From assembly GCA_051294375.1 (NCBI GenBank), contig CM119264.1, positions 6,903,814 through 6,967,813 of the forward strand: a stretch of 64,000 bases of DNA, in the 5' to 3' direction. The notes beneath the pieces were generated by a model. That model was not told where the DNA came from and made no database searches. It saw only the letters and a program-made list of their open reading frames with translations. The position numbers and the translations under genes were made by a program. This document shows positions 13,501 through 26,900 of the stretch, piece after piece. Numbering within the stretch: position 1 is the stretch's first letter; every line of letters begins with the position of its first letter. This stretch comes from Paraspadella gotoi (taxonomy: Eukaryota > Animalia > Chaetognatha).

Positions 13501-14699
13501 NNNNNNNNNNNNNNNNNNNNNNNNNNNNNNNNNNNNNNNNNNNNNNNNNNNNNNNNNNNNNNNNNNNNNNNNNNNNNNNNNNNNNNNNNNNNNNNNNNNN
13601 NNNNNNNNNNNNNNNNNNNNNNNNNNNNNNNNNNNNNNNNNNNNNNNNNNNNNNNNNNNNNNNNNNNNNNNNNNNNNNNNNNNNNNNNNNNNNNNNNNNN
13701 NNNNNNNNNNNNNNNNNNNNNNNNNNNNNNNNNNNNNNNNNNNNNNNNNNNNNNNNNNNNNNNNNNNNNNNNNNNNNNNNNNNNNNNNNNNNNNNNNNNN
13801 NNNNNNNNNNNNNNNNNNNNNNNNNNNNNNNNNNNNNNNNNNNNNNNNNNNNNNNNNNNNNNNNNNNNNNNNNNNNNNNNNNNNNNNNNNNNNNNNNNNN
13901 NNNNNNNNNNNNNNNNNNNNNNNNNNNNNNNNNNNNNNNNNNNNNNNNNNNNNNNNNNNNNNNNNNNNNNNNNNNNNNNNNNNNNNNNNNNNNNNNNNNN
14001 NNNNNNNNNNNNNNNNNNNNNNNNNNNNNNNNNNNNNNNNNNNNNNNNNNNNNNNNNNNNNNNNNNNNNNNNNNNNNNNNNNNNNNNNNNNNNNNNNNNN
14101 NNNNNNNNNNNNNNNNNNNNNNNNNNNNTATTTGTCAGATATAAGCGGATTAATCTTATGTTTAAATCTTTTTGGTTTTTCATCTCATCTCCTCGAAATA
14201 AATTAAATTCAACACTACTTAAAATCGATTGTAATCATTGATTATAGAACATCAGAGAAAATTATAGAATCTTTCCTATTCATAATAATAATTATCACCT
14301 TTTAAAACTTTTATAATCTTGTGTGATTATGGTTATCGGATATCGAAGCGGCGAAGAACTTGGAACTCATCTCATCAAATACCAGATCAACAAGTAGTTT
14401 TGCTTTGTTATCCACATTATATTTTAAAAGTGGAGATTCTGTTCATTTGGGATGTTTTAACAACTGTTGCGCGATTTAAAAAACGCCGATAAAAACCTGC
14501 TTTTCACGCGAGAGGAGGGAGTTCTAGTTCACAGCTTAAAGGAGCGTCGGAAAAACGACCGCAGAAATAACAGACTAATAACTCGAAAGATATTATTAAG
14601 TACAAAATACGTATGAACTCGGACCTAATTTATCTCGAAAATAAATATTGCTAAGAAGCGTCAACGTCTTGGACCATGACGGCGACGAAGATGACGAAG

Positions 14700-14706
14700 C
14701 AGGCGA

Positions 14707-14737
<31 letters not shown>

Positions 14738-14969
14738 AGACAACGTCGACGCGTATCGAATGATCGTAGGCCGTAATCTCATTTCCTCATAATTTCCAGA
14801 ATCCGTCTTAGATGGTCGGGGCCGCTGTTGGCCGCCTCCGCCGCCACCGCCGCCACCGCCGCCTCCACGGATGATTTAATCTTCTTCGTTGTCACTTCAC
14901 GCGGACGAAGCCAATGTCTTTTCTCTTATCTCTTTCGATTAAACGGGTTTTTTTTTCCTTTTCTCGCCG
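14700..14969 (-). CDS. Candidate exon of a low-complexity protein (Gly run, GNYEEMRL)
   Basis: Pyrimidine tract plus CAG at 14972-14970. Part translates to IIRGGGGGGGGGGGQQRPRPSKTDSGNYEEMRLRPTIIRYAS, but indel correction is needed to reach the acceptor without stops. Confidence 0.3.
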
Positions 14970-14987
14970 CTGGTGAGGGAAGGAGAG

Positions 14988-15120
14988 ATGGAGGAAAAAG
15001 GGAGGAAAAAGGGAGGAAAAATGGAGGAAAAAGGGAGGAAAAAGGGAGGAAAAATGGAGGAAAAAGGGATGAAAAAGGGAGGAAGAATGGAGGAAAAAGG
15101 GAGGAAAAAGGGAGGAAACT
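14988..15120. repeat. ~33-bp purine-rich tandem repeat built from GGAGGAAAAAG subunits
   Basis: Directly visible, about 4 copies. Confidence 0.85.
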
Positions 15121-16202
15121 GGAAGAAAAGGTGAAAGGAGAGATGTGCTTGAGAATAGAAGAGGACAAAATTTAAAAGAGAAAAAGGTATAAAAAGAAAG
15201 AGGGAAAAACAGAGAGAAAAGAAAAAAATAAATAGAAAAGAAGAAAAAAACGTGAAAAATANNNNNNNNNNNNNNNNNNNNNNNNNNNNNNNNNNNNNNN
15301 NNNNNNNNNNNNNNNNNNNNNNNNNNNNNNNNNNNNNNNNNNNNNNNNNNNNNNNNNNNNNNNNNNNNNNNNNNNNNNNNNNNNNNNNNNNNNNNNNNNN
15401 NNNNNNNNNNNNNNNNNNNNNNNNNNNNNNNNNNNNNNNNNNNNNNNNNNNNNNNNNNNNNNNNNNNNNNNNNNNNNNNNNNNNNNNNNNNNNNNNNNNN
15501 NNNNNNNNNNNNNNNNNNNNNNNNNNNNNNNNNNNNNNNNNNNNNNNNNNNNNNNNNNNNNNNNNNNNNNNNNNNNNNNNNNNNNNNNNNNNNNNNNNNN
15601 NNNNNNNNNNNNNNNNNNNNNNNNNNNNNNNNNNNNNNNNNNNNNNNNNNNNNNNNNNNNNNNNNNNNNNNNNNNNNNNNNNNNNNNNNNNNNNNNNNNN
15701 NNNNNNNNNNNNNNNNNNNNNNNNNNNNNNNNNNNNNNNNNNNNNNNNNNNNNNNNNNNNNNTTCATTATTTTTTTTCTTTTTATCTCATAAGAAGACAA
15801 AGGATTCATATTTCGAGTTTTGCGTTGCAGTTACGAGTCGCGTTACAAGCTTCGTAGCTTCGGGTTACAAGCAACGACAAGCCTTTCGTCATGAGTTGCG
15901 AGAACTTTCATCAACTCCTATTACGAGTTTCGTCAAGCCGAGATGGATTTGTTTACGTGTTTTCCGAGATTTGTGAACATGTTTTTAATGAAATTACACG
16001 GCATCACGCGATGTTGTACAAAATTCCATCAACATTGCAACATGTGTCAAGAGACGCGTTTCCATTAAATACATGTCACATCGACGTTCCATGTTTCAAG
16101 ATTCATGTCGCGCATCGGAAATTTCCATGTTTCCTTCTTGTTTCGCAAGTCGCGAACATTTCCGGCTGCCGCCTTCTACCGCGCCTCTCAACTTGTTTAC
16201 TG

Positions 16203-16436
16203 TTCGATCGGTGAGCGACAACCGCCGAGTAATGTCGGCCGGAAAATAGCGGCTGCCGGGAAATGACGGCCGCCGGGAAGAGACGGCGACGACCAAACAT
16301 CATTTCCGGAGCTCGTCGCCGGCTGCAACGATTCGGCGGGGGCGGCGGCAGCGGCTGCCGCAGATGCGGCTGCCTCGGCTGCGGATGCTGCAGCAGCGGC
16401 CGTGGTTGAGAGGGTTGACGAAGGGGTAGTAAAGAA
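16203..16436 (-). CDS. Candidate Ala-rich exon
   Basis: GC-rich island after tctttag. One frame reads FFTTPSSTLSTTAAAAASAAEAAASAAAAAAAPAESLQPATSSGNDVW; the frame is ambiguous. Confidence 0.3.
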
Positions 16437-17598
16437 CTAAAGATAATGATGTATTCCTGGATATGAATAACAGGTGTGGTGAAAACGGCGGTTGTGATCC
16501 ACTAATTGGTAACGATGCGCACACGTTTGGAAACCTTTAAGTTAAGAATAAGTTAACGAGGATAAAACAGCGATATCAATGCCCAAGTTTTCACCAGTCT
16601 TATTTTTGCTCTCCTCATTTCAGTTAAAAATCTAAAGGGAACTCTTCCAAAAATAACCACTTTGTTGTCAAAAAGAAAAAAAAAACCTTTTCCCCCTTTT
16701 TTTCGATTTTTTTTCCCCTCAGGACGAAGAAAATGGAACTGGAACTTTTTACTACCGTCAAAACGTTTTCCGAGGTCGAGCGACTTGTCTTCGAAGAGCT
16801 TTTCCTTGCTTTTTTCTTGCTTCCTTTATGATTTTTTTTCGCCCTCTTTCCATTTGCTCTATGATTGCTGCTTTCTTTACTTCTTTCCTTTTTCTCTTTT
16901 TTTCTTTTTTGAATTTTCTTCATAATTATTCAATAATCATGACTTACTTTATTTGATCGTTCTCGCGCGATTTTACTCTTTGTAATTGTTTGTGCTTTTT
17001 TTTTAACTTCTGAGATTTGGTTATCAATTTTATTATTTTCCCTCCTGTTGTACGTAGATGTTTTGAAAACAGTTTTCTATATTTTCTCTCTCTTTAAAAC
17101 TTTTCTTCTTTCTCTTCTATCTTTTCGGCTAGAATTTTTTTCCTTTCCACTCCAAATAAAATATTTTCGCTTCAATACGTCATATATTCAATACAATAGT
17201 TTCTCCTTTTTCACTTTATCTCTTACAATGACTTTATTTCTTTCCTTTTTTTTTATACGTACGCGTTTTTCTTTTTTTTCTTTCTATTTTCTTTCTCGCT
17301 GTTCTTTTCACCCGTGAAAGGATAAAAATGGTTTGTGTATATATACAGATATATATATATGTAGATAATGAAAAGAATAATGTAAAGAAATTATAAAAAA
17401 ATAAAGCGGAATGTAAACGAATATAGTTGATTTTCGTCTTGTAATATCATCCCACGCCTTGCTTTGCTTAGTACTTTTATGTCTTTGACATATGTCACAC
17501 CTTGCCTTGTTTCTCTCTGCCGTCATTTCGAGACATTTCACTGTAAAGGAACGCGTAAGATCGCTACTTTTGAATTTAAATCAGCGTATAAATACTAG

Positions 17599-17656
17599 GT
17601 CTAACAAAGTCTAACCAAGTCTAACCATGTCTAACCATGTCTAACCATGTCTAACC
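17599..17656. repeat. 10-bp tandem repeat GTCTAACCAT (~6 copies)
   Basis: Directly visible; noisier copy at ~20490-20545. Confidence 0.85.
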
Positions 17657-17887
17657 TGCTTCGTCGTTGTCTTTCTTTCCTCGAAAATTGTTCTTTTTTT
17701 TTCTTTCTTTTTTTCAAAAAGGAGGTCGTGAGTTTCTGCGGACCGACGAAGGGTCAGCCTGAATGAACCGATCAGTTATTTACCTTCGCTGCCCTAATAT
17801 TTTACTCACTAATCCTGTGTAAAAGTCACACTGAGAGTTTTTTTTGTACTCAAGTATCACCGTAAAAGATCAATATCAAGTACTCAC

Positions 17888-18203
17888 CATCTCCAAATAT
17901 CAATAAAGAAATTTGTTTTCCCGCTGACGTCCTCCCTTTCATTCGTGCCCCCCCCCCGCCCAATTCGTTCAGGGAATCACCAGCAGCGGCCGGCGCAGCA
18001 GCAGCAGCAGCCGCTGCATCAGCAGCAGCCGTCGCCGAAATTGAGCCGATTCTGGCGACCGGGCGACGAGTTGTTACGACGGGAGAGACGTCGCTGTAAA
18101 GGGCGTCGTTGTGGCCGTTCTCGTTTGTTGCCGTCGTCGTCGTCGTCGTCGTCGTCGTCGGCGTCGTCGTTTCCGTTGTTATTTGTTGTTGTCTCTCGCG
18201 TTT
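17888..18203 (-). CDS. Candidate Thr/Ala-rich exon (second copy at ~20778-21093)
   Basis: Acceptor ttttcccgacaag, donor G|GTGAGT. Reads TTETTTPTTTT..NENGHNDALYSDVSPVVT.RRPVARIGSISATAAADAAAAAAAPAAAGDSLNELGGGGTNEREDVSGKTNFFI. Confidence 0.4.
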
Positions 18204-21200
18204 CTTGTCGGGAAAATAAAATGCGGAATCGGAATCACGATGATATTCGGAATCGTGAGAATTAGAATCACGAGAATCAGAATATATATTAAAGTTTAGA
18301 ATAAGTAAAGATGCAAGATTGAAGAAGAAACATGAAATAAAAAGGAAAACGGTTATTAAAAATTATAAAATATACTTAGACTACATATTATTGTTGATAT
18401 TATCACGGATAAAATGCTATTACAGCCGAATAAAAACTTAAAATTTATTGGTACAATACTACAATTTACTACAAAATACTACAAATTGTCTCCGAATTTG
18501 ATTCTAATGATCTCGTGACATAAAATACTTCTTTTTATTTCTTGCCCAGATTCACGTGAGACTCGTAAGAATCTAAATCACTCGAACCCAGAATCAGAAT
18601 CACGCGTCTCGGAATCGCGCGTGACGCATAATCACGCGACGCGTCGACGAATCACGTGACGCGTCATTAAGGTTCAGTCGCGACCTCAAACGAGGAGTGA
18701 GGTGAAAAAAGAAAAGAGCATCGAGGGAAAAAAAAAGAAAAAGGCAGGCGTGGAGAAAATAAAAAGAGAGAAGAAAAGAAAGAAGACGGGAATAAATAAA
18801 AAAGAAACAAATAAAAAAAAGGAATTTCAAGTAGAAGAGAATGAAGAAGAAGAAAAAGGAAAAAAATGTGAAAGAGACAAAAAAAAAAAAGAGAGAGAGA
18901 GAACAGAAGACTCGTTTTCCCGCGCAGAGCGTCGACGGTGGAAACGTAATAAAATCGAAATAAAAGCAAAACAAAAACAAAAATCGGTGAGAGAATATAA
19001 ATTCNNNNNNNNNNNNNNNNNNNNNNNNNTGGAAGAGGAGAGAGAGAGAGAGAGATGAGAGAGGAAGAGAGAGAGAAGAGAGAAGAGAGAGAGAGAGAGA
19101 GCAGAAAGATAGAGAATAAAATTCCGAGAAATCTCGGAATTTGAAAATATGGGATTTTTGTATTGAAAAAAAGCGCGAATAAATGGTAATAATAAAAGTT
19201 TTTAAGGAAAAAAAAATAATCAGAATTTTCAAAAAACAATACGATCACGCAAGAGTCGGACAGAGAGGGACAGACACACACAGAGAGAAAAAGAAGAGAG
19301 GAGACAGCCGGCTGCAGAGAAAAAGAGATTAGAGAAAGAGCGATATATAATAATTAAAAGATTGAGAGAAAGAGTGAGAAGCTCTACAGCCCCTTTACTC
19401 GCCTTAAAGAATCAGCAGCTACCCATGGGCGCTGGACGTAGCGTAGCTTTTCTACTACCCAAAGGACCGCGGTTCTCACCCTGGTTCGCCGGCATCCTTT
19501 TTACATTAGTGAAGCCCACATTATATTCTAAAATTTTTTTTGTAAAAGAAAAAAAAAAAAAAAAGAGAGAGAGAGAGAGAAGAGAAGAGAAGAGAGAGAG
19601 GAGAGACCAAGAGAGAGAAGAGGAGAGAGGAGAGAGAGAAAGAAGCTGGAGAGAGAAATCAACGACAGCAGTGACGCGAGAAAAAGAGAGAGAGAGAGAG
19701 CGGACATATTATATTTAAAAGAAAGAGAGCAGAGAGAGAGCGACATTCAATTAAACGTTTTTGTTTTGAAATAAACATTAAACAACTACGAATATGTGAT
19801 ATGAAAACATGAGAATTAAAGATCTTTTGATCTTAGAAAGCCATATTATGAAATTTCAAACCTCCCTTTAGCATATCAACACTTTCAGAAGCCCATGATT
19901 CAAAAAAGCGTGACCGAAAGAACTTAAACGAATCAAAATCGATAATAGAGGATATTGTTGTTTGATAAAATGTACACAAAACATCTTAATAACTGTCCTG
20001 ACTCAATTTTAAAGGACATCGATGAGACAAGCCGAATATTAAATTATTATTAATTCTAAATTAATTAATTAATTAATCTATTAATGTAATTAATTAATCT
20101 ATTATTAATTAATTTATCGTAGGCAGATCCGACATTGTTTGCTCAAACCGATTGTTTCTTTCTATTTTCTTTCTCGCTGTTCTTTTCACCGTGAAAGATA
20201 AAAAATGGTTTTGTGTATATATACAGATATATATATTATGATAGGATAATGAAAGAAATAATTGTAAAGAAATTTAAAAAAATAAAGCGGATGTAAACGA
20301 AATAGTTGATTTTCGACTTGTAATATATCCCACGCCTGCTTTGCTTATATTTTTGTTTTATCGCTTTGACCATATGTCACACCATTGCCTTGCTTTCTCT
20401 CTGCCGTCCATTTCGAGACATTTCCACTTGTAAAGGAACGCGTAAGATCGCTACTTTTTGAATTTAAATCAGCGTATAAATACTCAGGTCCTAGACAAAG
20501 TCTAACGGGTCTACAGTCTTAACCATGTCTAACCATGTCTAACCTGCTTCGTCGTTGTCTTTCTTTCCTCGAAAATTGTCTTTTTTTTTTCTTTCTTTTT
20601 TTCAAAAGGAGGTCTGTGAGTTTCTGCGGACCGACGAAGGGTCAGCCTGAATGAAACCGATCAGTTATTTACCTTCGCTGCCCTAATATTTTACTCACTA
20701 ATCCTGTGTAAAAGTCACACTGAGAGTTTTTTTTGTACTTTCAATATCACCGTAAAAGATCAATATCAAGTACTCACCATCATTCCAAATATTCAATAAA
20801 GAAATTTGTTTTCCCGCTGACGTCCTCCCTTTCATTCGTGCCCCCCCCGCCCAATTCGTTCAGGGAATCACCAGCAGCGGCCGGCGCAGCAGCAGCAGCA
20901 GCCGCTGCATCAGCAGCAGCCGTCGCCGAAATTGAGCCGATTCTTGGCGACCGGGCGACGGATTGTTACGACGGGAGAGACGTCGCTGTAAAGGGCGTCG
21001 TTGTGGCCGTTCGTTTGTTCCGTTCGTCGTCGTCGTCGTCGTCGTCGTCGGCGTCGTCGTTTCCGTTGTTATTGTTGTGTGTCTCTCGCGTTTCTTGTCC
21101 GGGAAAATAAAATGCGGAATCGGAATCACGATGATATATCGGAATCGTGAGAATTAGAAATCACGAGAATCAGAATATATATTAAAGTTTAGAATAAGTA

Positions 21201-21876
21201 AAGATTGCAAGATTGAAGAAGAAACATGAAATAAAAAGGAAAACGGTTATTAAAAATTATAAAATATTACTTAGACTACATATTATTGTTGAATTATCAC
21301 GGATAAAATGCTATTACAGCCGAATAAAAACTTAAAATTTATTGGATACAATACTACAATTTTACTACAAAATACTACAAATTGTCCCGAATTTGATTTT
21401 AATGATCTCGTGACATAAAATATTCTTTTTATTTCTTGCCCAGATTCACGTGAGACTCGTAAAGAATCCTAAATACTCGAAACCCAGAATCAGAATCACG
21501 CGTCTCGGAATCGCGCGTGACACATAATCACGCGACGCGTCGACGAATCACGTTGACGCGCGTCATTAAGGTTCAGTCGCGACCTTCAATCGAGGAGTGA
21601 GGTGAAAAAAGAAAAGAGCATCCGAGGGAAAAAAAAGAAAAAGGCAGGCGTGGAGAAAATAAAAAAGAACAAAAATAATAAAAAAGAAATAAATTTCAAG
21701 TAGAAGAAAGAATGAAGAAGAAAAAAAGGAAAAAAATGTGAAAGAGACAAAAAAAAAAGAGAGAGAGAACAGAAGACTCGTTTTCGCGCAGAGGTCGACG
21801 TGTGGAAACGTAATAAAAATCGAAATAAAGCAAAACAAAAACAAAAATCGTGAGAGAATATAAATTCTTTCGCACG

Positions 21877-21915
<39 letters not shown>

Positions 21916-21946
21916 TTCTCTCTCTCTCTACTCTCTCTACTCTTCA

Positions 21947-21983
<37 letters not shown>

Positions 21984-22500
21984 CTCTGTCTCCTCTCTCT
22001 CTCTCTCTCTTCCTCACTCTCTCTCTCTCCTTCTCTCTCTCTCCTTCTCTCTACTCTCTCTCTCTCTCGTCTCTCTCTCTCTCTCTCTCTTCTCTCTAAC
22101 ATACTCACAGACACCGAATCGAAATTTGTGTTTCCCACCTCTCTTGCTCTTTTTAAAGAGTCGCTTTTCCCTAATTCTTTCCTACTTTCTTCGGCAGTAA
22201 AATTGAATTTTTTGCCGGGAAAATTCTTTTCGAATCATTCCGAGATAAATTTCAATTTTCATGCGATCGCCTCTTCAAAGTTGTTTTATTGGCCCTTCAG
22301 CTATCTTGAAGCTGTCTGATCTTCTACAGACATTTACGTATAACAAAAGCAAAATCAGCAATCAGTGGCTTGTTAAATCATAGTGCAACAATTTTTACTT
22401 AATTAATTACCGGCAAGACGACCCATGAGTGATTAAAAAATGATAGAGATAAATATTATGAAGATGATGAAGAAGATGATGATGGTGGTGGTGGTGATGG

Positions 22501-22541
<41 letters not shown>

Positions 22542-23650
22542 ATTATTATGATGGTCTGACATCTTTTCGTAATTATGACGCATGAGAATTTTCTTCTTTT
22601 TTATTCTCCCTCATTTCGATATCCAAGTCCAAAAAGTCCATCACAACCAATCTCGCGCCATCACAGACCATTAATATCCATCACGAACCATCACAGATCA
22701 TCACAACTTATCACGGGCCCTGGCAGACCATGAAAGCTTATCACAGTCGGTCAATGTCTGGCAGAAATCCTTCTTTCTCTCTCATCCAAGTCCAATCGAT
22801 TCTCTTTTATAATCAAACTCTGGAATTCCTCCATTTCTTAGAAATCCCTTCTCTTCTCGATCTCAATTTTTGTCATATCTCAATCATAATTGGCTCCTGT
22901 TAAGTCAGTTGAATGCCACATGCTCTCACCCATTTTGGCACATCTCCCAGCACATCTCCCAGCCACACGTTTACACCTCTCGCAACAAAGTTATCGTTTT
23001 TATTTCAGAATCTAACTTCGTTGTTGTTCTTCTCACAATGCCTACTATACTTTTTTTTCGGCCGTCCATTTCCACTCTGCAGTTTCTCTAACTCTTCCTA
23101 TCCGTTTCCCCCCCCCCTAAGCTGGCCTCTTACCCAAACCATCCGCTCACCTCCGTTCATTCACCACCCACCCACTCGCCCCCCTTCCTTACCCCTTTCC
23201 CTCTCCCCCTCTAAAGTCGGTTTTGATTGCAAGTCGAGCTTGAACTTTACGACGCCATTTCGCGAATTCTAACCCGTTTGTTTGTGCACTGTGTGTGAAA
23301 TATGTTTTTCTCTTACAATTTTTTTTCTCCCTTCCCCATTTTATCATATAGTTGTTTTTTTTTCCGTTATTCGACTCTCGAAACTTGTTTGTTTGTTTGT
23401 TTTGTTTTATTTTCTTTTTGTTTCTTTCTTTTTTTTATTCTCGCCAACGACGAAAGGCGGACGCTCAACGGAGAAACGCGACAGAAACATCAAATTCAAT
23501 GGTTCGGAAACTCGAGGAAAAATAAAAAGGGATTTTTTTTTTTTTTTACAAATTCCCGTTTTATTTTATTTCTTTTTTTCTTTCTTTTTAGTTTTTTATT
23601 CAAAAAATGAAATGGAATGAGAGTTTTTTGACGATGTGGACCGGGATGAA

Positions 23651-23687
<37 letters not shown>

Positions 23688-23999
23688 GGTAGTTGTCTTC
23701 TTCATCGTCTTTCCAGTTTGATTGACATTCCATAGCTATCGACTTTCTCGTGAATAACCTTTTCATTTTTTCCCCTCGGAATTGTTTTATTTTTTTTTTC
23801 CACGTTTTTTTAATTTCATTTTAATTCTTGAAATTCAGAATATACATTATACATCTGTTATTTTTGGTTTTGACTTAAATTTAGTTTAAATTTTCAAGAG
23901 AACATGATCCTTACCCGATTTCTTAAACTCCTCTTCCTTTTTATAAACCTTTATTAAATTCCTCTCTCACCCATTTTCATCTCCCGTCACCTAATGTTG

Positions 24000-26900
24000 T
24001 TGTCGTTGTTGTTGTCGTCGTCAATAAACGACATCTCTCGGTCTCGATCGTAAAATCTTCCGGTTGACGACGTAATTCGCTGGGGAAGTAATTTCCGCCT
24101 CCACTCTTACTTCCCGCGATTCCTTCAACCGCTTCTTCTCTTTCAGCCTTCACTTTCTTCTCTTTCCCGCCGCTTCTCTCTACCTCTCTTTCAGACTTCA
24201 CCGTCACTTCTCTTTCCCGCCGCTTCTCTCTACTTCTTTAAAGACTTCACGACTTTTTCTATTTCCCGTCTCTTCTCTTTCTGGCCACCTCTCTCTACCT
24301 CTCTTTCAGTTTCACCGCCTCTTCTCTTTCCGTCTCTTCTCTTTCCGGCCACATCTCTCTTCTCTCTTTTTAGACTTCACGCTCTTTCTCTTTCCCCCTC
24401 TTCTCTTTTCGGCCACCCACTCTCTTTTTCTCTTTCAGACTTCACCGCCTCTTCATTTCCCGCCGCTTCTCTCTACTCTCTTTTAGACTTCACCGCCTCT
24501 CTCTTCTTCCCGCCTCTTCTCTTTCCGCCGTCTCTTCTACTCTCTTTAGACTCACCGCCTTTCTTTTCCGGCATCTCTTCTTCCTCTTTTAGACTTCACC
24601 GCTTCTTCTCTTTCCCGTCTATTCTCTTCTGGCCACTCTCTCTACCTTTCTTTAAGACTTCACCGCCTCTTCTCTTTTTCCGTCTTTCTCTTTCCCTGCG
24701 CTCTCTCTTTTAGATTTCGCCGCCTCTTCCCTTTCCCGTCTCTTCTCTTTCTGCCCACCTCTTTCTACCTCTACTTCACTTCGCTTCCTCTTCTTTAGAC
24801 TTAACTTTTCCTCCTCTCTTTGAGACTTCACTTCTCCTCCTCTCTTTTAGTCTTCACCTCTCTTCCTCTCTCTTCTAAGCTTTATTATCCCAGGTCGCTT
24901 TCCTCTTCATCGTCGTCGTCATCATCTCAGAAAAATCTTTGTCATTTTCATCTTAGTCACGTCTCACTCATTCGAGGACATCGTCTTTCGCAACCTCATA
25001 CGTCAATGTCATGCTTCAGTCGTTTGTCGAGTTCGTCATTGTCCAAATTTGGTCATCTCGTCAATTGTCATCTCGTCGTTTATCGTCAGTCGTCATTGTC
25101 CAATTTGTCATCTTCGTCAATGTCATCTTCGTCGTTTTCGACGTCGTCATTGTCCAATTTGTCATCTTCGTCAATGTCATCTTCGTCGTTTTCGCGTCGT
25201 CATTGTCCAATTTGTCATCTTCGTCAATGTCATCTTCGTCGTTTTCCGACGTCGTCATTGTCCAATTTGTCATCTTCGTCAATGTCATCTTCGTCGTTTT
25301 TCGTCGTCGTCATTGTCCAATTTGTCATCTTCGTCAATGTCATCTCGTCGTTTTCGTCGTCGTCATTGTCCAATTTGTCATCTTCGTCAATGTCATCTTC
25401 GTCGTTTTCGTCGTCGTCATTGTCCAATTTGTCATCTTCGTCAATGTCATCTTCGTCGTTTTCGTCGTCGTCATTGTCCAATTTGTCATCTTCGTCATAT
25501 GTCATCTTCGTCGTTTTCGTCGTCGTCATTGTCCAATTTGTCATCTTCGTCAATGTCATCTTCGTCGTTTTCGCGTCGTCATTGTCCAATTTGTCATCTT
25601 CGTCAAATGTCATCTTCGTCGATTTTCGTCGTCGTCAATTGTCCAATTTGTCATCTTCGTCAATGTCAATCTTCGTCGTTTTCGACGTCGTCATTGTCCA
25701 TTTGTCATCTTCGTCAATGTCATCTTCGTCGTTTCGTCGTCGTCATTGTCCAATTTGTCATCTTCGTCAATGTCATCTTCGTCGTTTTCGACGTCGTCAT
25801 TGTCCAATTTGTCATCTTCGTCAATGTCATCTTCGCGTTTCGTCGTCGTCATTGTCCAATTTGTCATCTTCGTCAATGTCATCTTCGTCGTTTTCGTCGT
25901 CGTCATTGTCCATTTGTCATCTTCGTCAAATGTTCACCATTCGTCGTTTTCGTCGTCGTCATTGTCCAATTTGTCATTCTTCGTCAATGTCATCTTTCGT
26001 CGTTTTCGTCGTCGTCATTGTCCAATTTGTCATCTTCGTCAATGTCATCTTCGTCGTTTTCGTCGTCGTCCATTGTCCAATTTGTCATCTTCGTCAATGT
26101 CATCTTCGTCGTTTTCGTCGTCGTCATTGTCCAATTTGTTCATCTTCGTCAATAGTCATCTTCGTCGTTTTCGTCGTCGTCATTGTCCAATTTGTCATCT
26201 TGTCATGTCATCTTCGTCGTTTTCGTCGTCGTCATTGTCCAATTTGTCATCTTCGTCAATGTCATCTTCGTCGTTTTCGTCGTCGTCATTGTCCAATTTG
26301 TCATCTTCGTCAATGTCATCTTCGTCGTTTTCGTCGTCGTCATTGTCCAATTTGTCATCTTCGTCAATGTCATCTTCGTCGTTTTCGTACGTCGTCATTG
26401 TCCAATTTGTCATCTTCGTCAATGTCATCTTCGTCGTTTTCGTACGTCGTCATTGTCCAATTTGTCATCTTCGTCAATGTCATCTTCGTCGTTTCGTCGT
26501 CGTCATTGTCCAATTGTGTCATCTTCGTCAATGTCATCTTCGTCGTTTTCGTCGTCGTCATTGTCCAATTTGTCATCTTCGTCAATGTCATCTTCGTCGT
26601 TTTCGACGTCGTCATTGTCCAATTTGTCATCTTCGTCAATGTCATCTTCGTCGTTTTCGTACGTCGTCATTGTCCAATTTGTCATCTTCGTCAATGTCAT
26701 CTTCGTCGTTTTGTACGTCGTCATTGTCCAATTTGTCATCTTCGTCAATGTCATCTTCGTCGTTTTCGTCGTCGTCATTGTCCAATTTGTCATCTTCGTC
26801 AATGTCATCTTCGTCGTTTTCGACGTCGTCATTGTCCAATTTGTCATCTTCGTCAATGTCATCTTCGTCGTTTTCGACGTCGTCATTGTCCAATTTGTCA

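Larger units (their letters stand above)
9006..15762. other. Cluster of scaffold gaps (N runs starting at ~9006, 9630, 10051, 10964, 11311, 12184, 13129, 15262)
   Basis: N runs, many flanked by microsatellites. ORFs spanning them are meaningless. Confidence 0.98.
17277..21867. repeat. Direct duplication of ~1.7 kb (17277-19004 and ~20155-21867)
   Basis: Near-identical copies differing mainly by 1-nt indels. The first copy ends exactly at a 25-N gap (19005-19029). Confidence 0.92.

Noticed and set aside
8838-15857. Long ORFs containing X runs, and SLSL/RERE/FLSF ORFs across the window
   Set aside because: Products of N gaps and microsatellites.
16103-16303. Mitochondrial presequence-like ORF MFGRRRLFPAAV
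   Set aside because: Internal to a GC-rich island with ambiguous frame, short, and with no downstream domain.
17277-21867. Tandem exon duplication for alternative splicing
   Set aside because: Copies differ almost only by 1-nt indels and abut a 25-N gap; likely redundant assembly.
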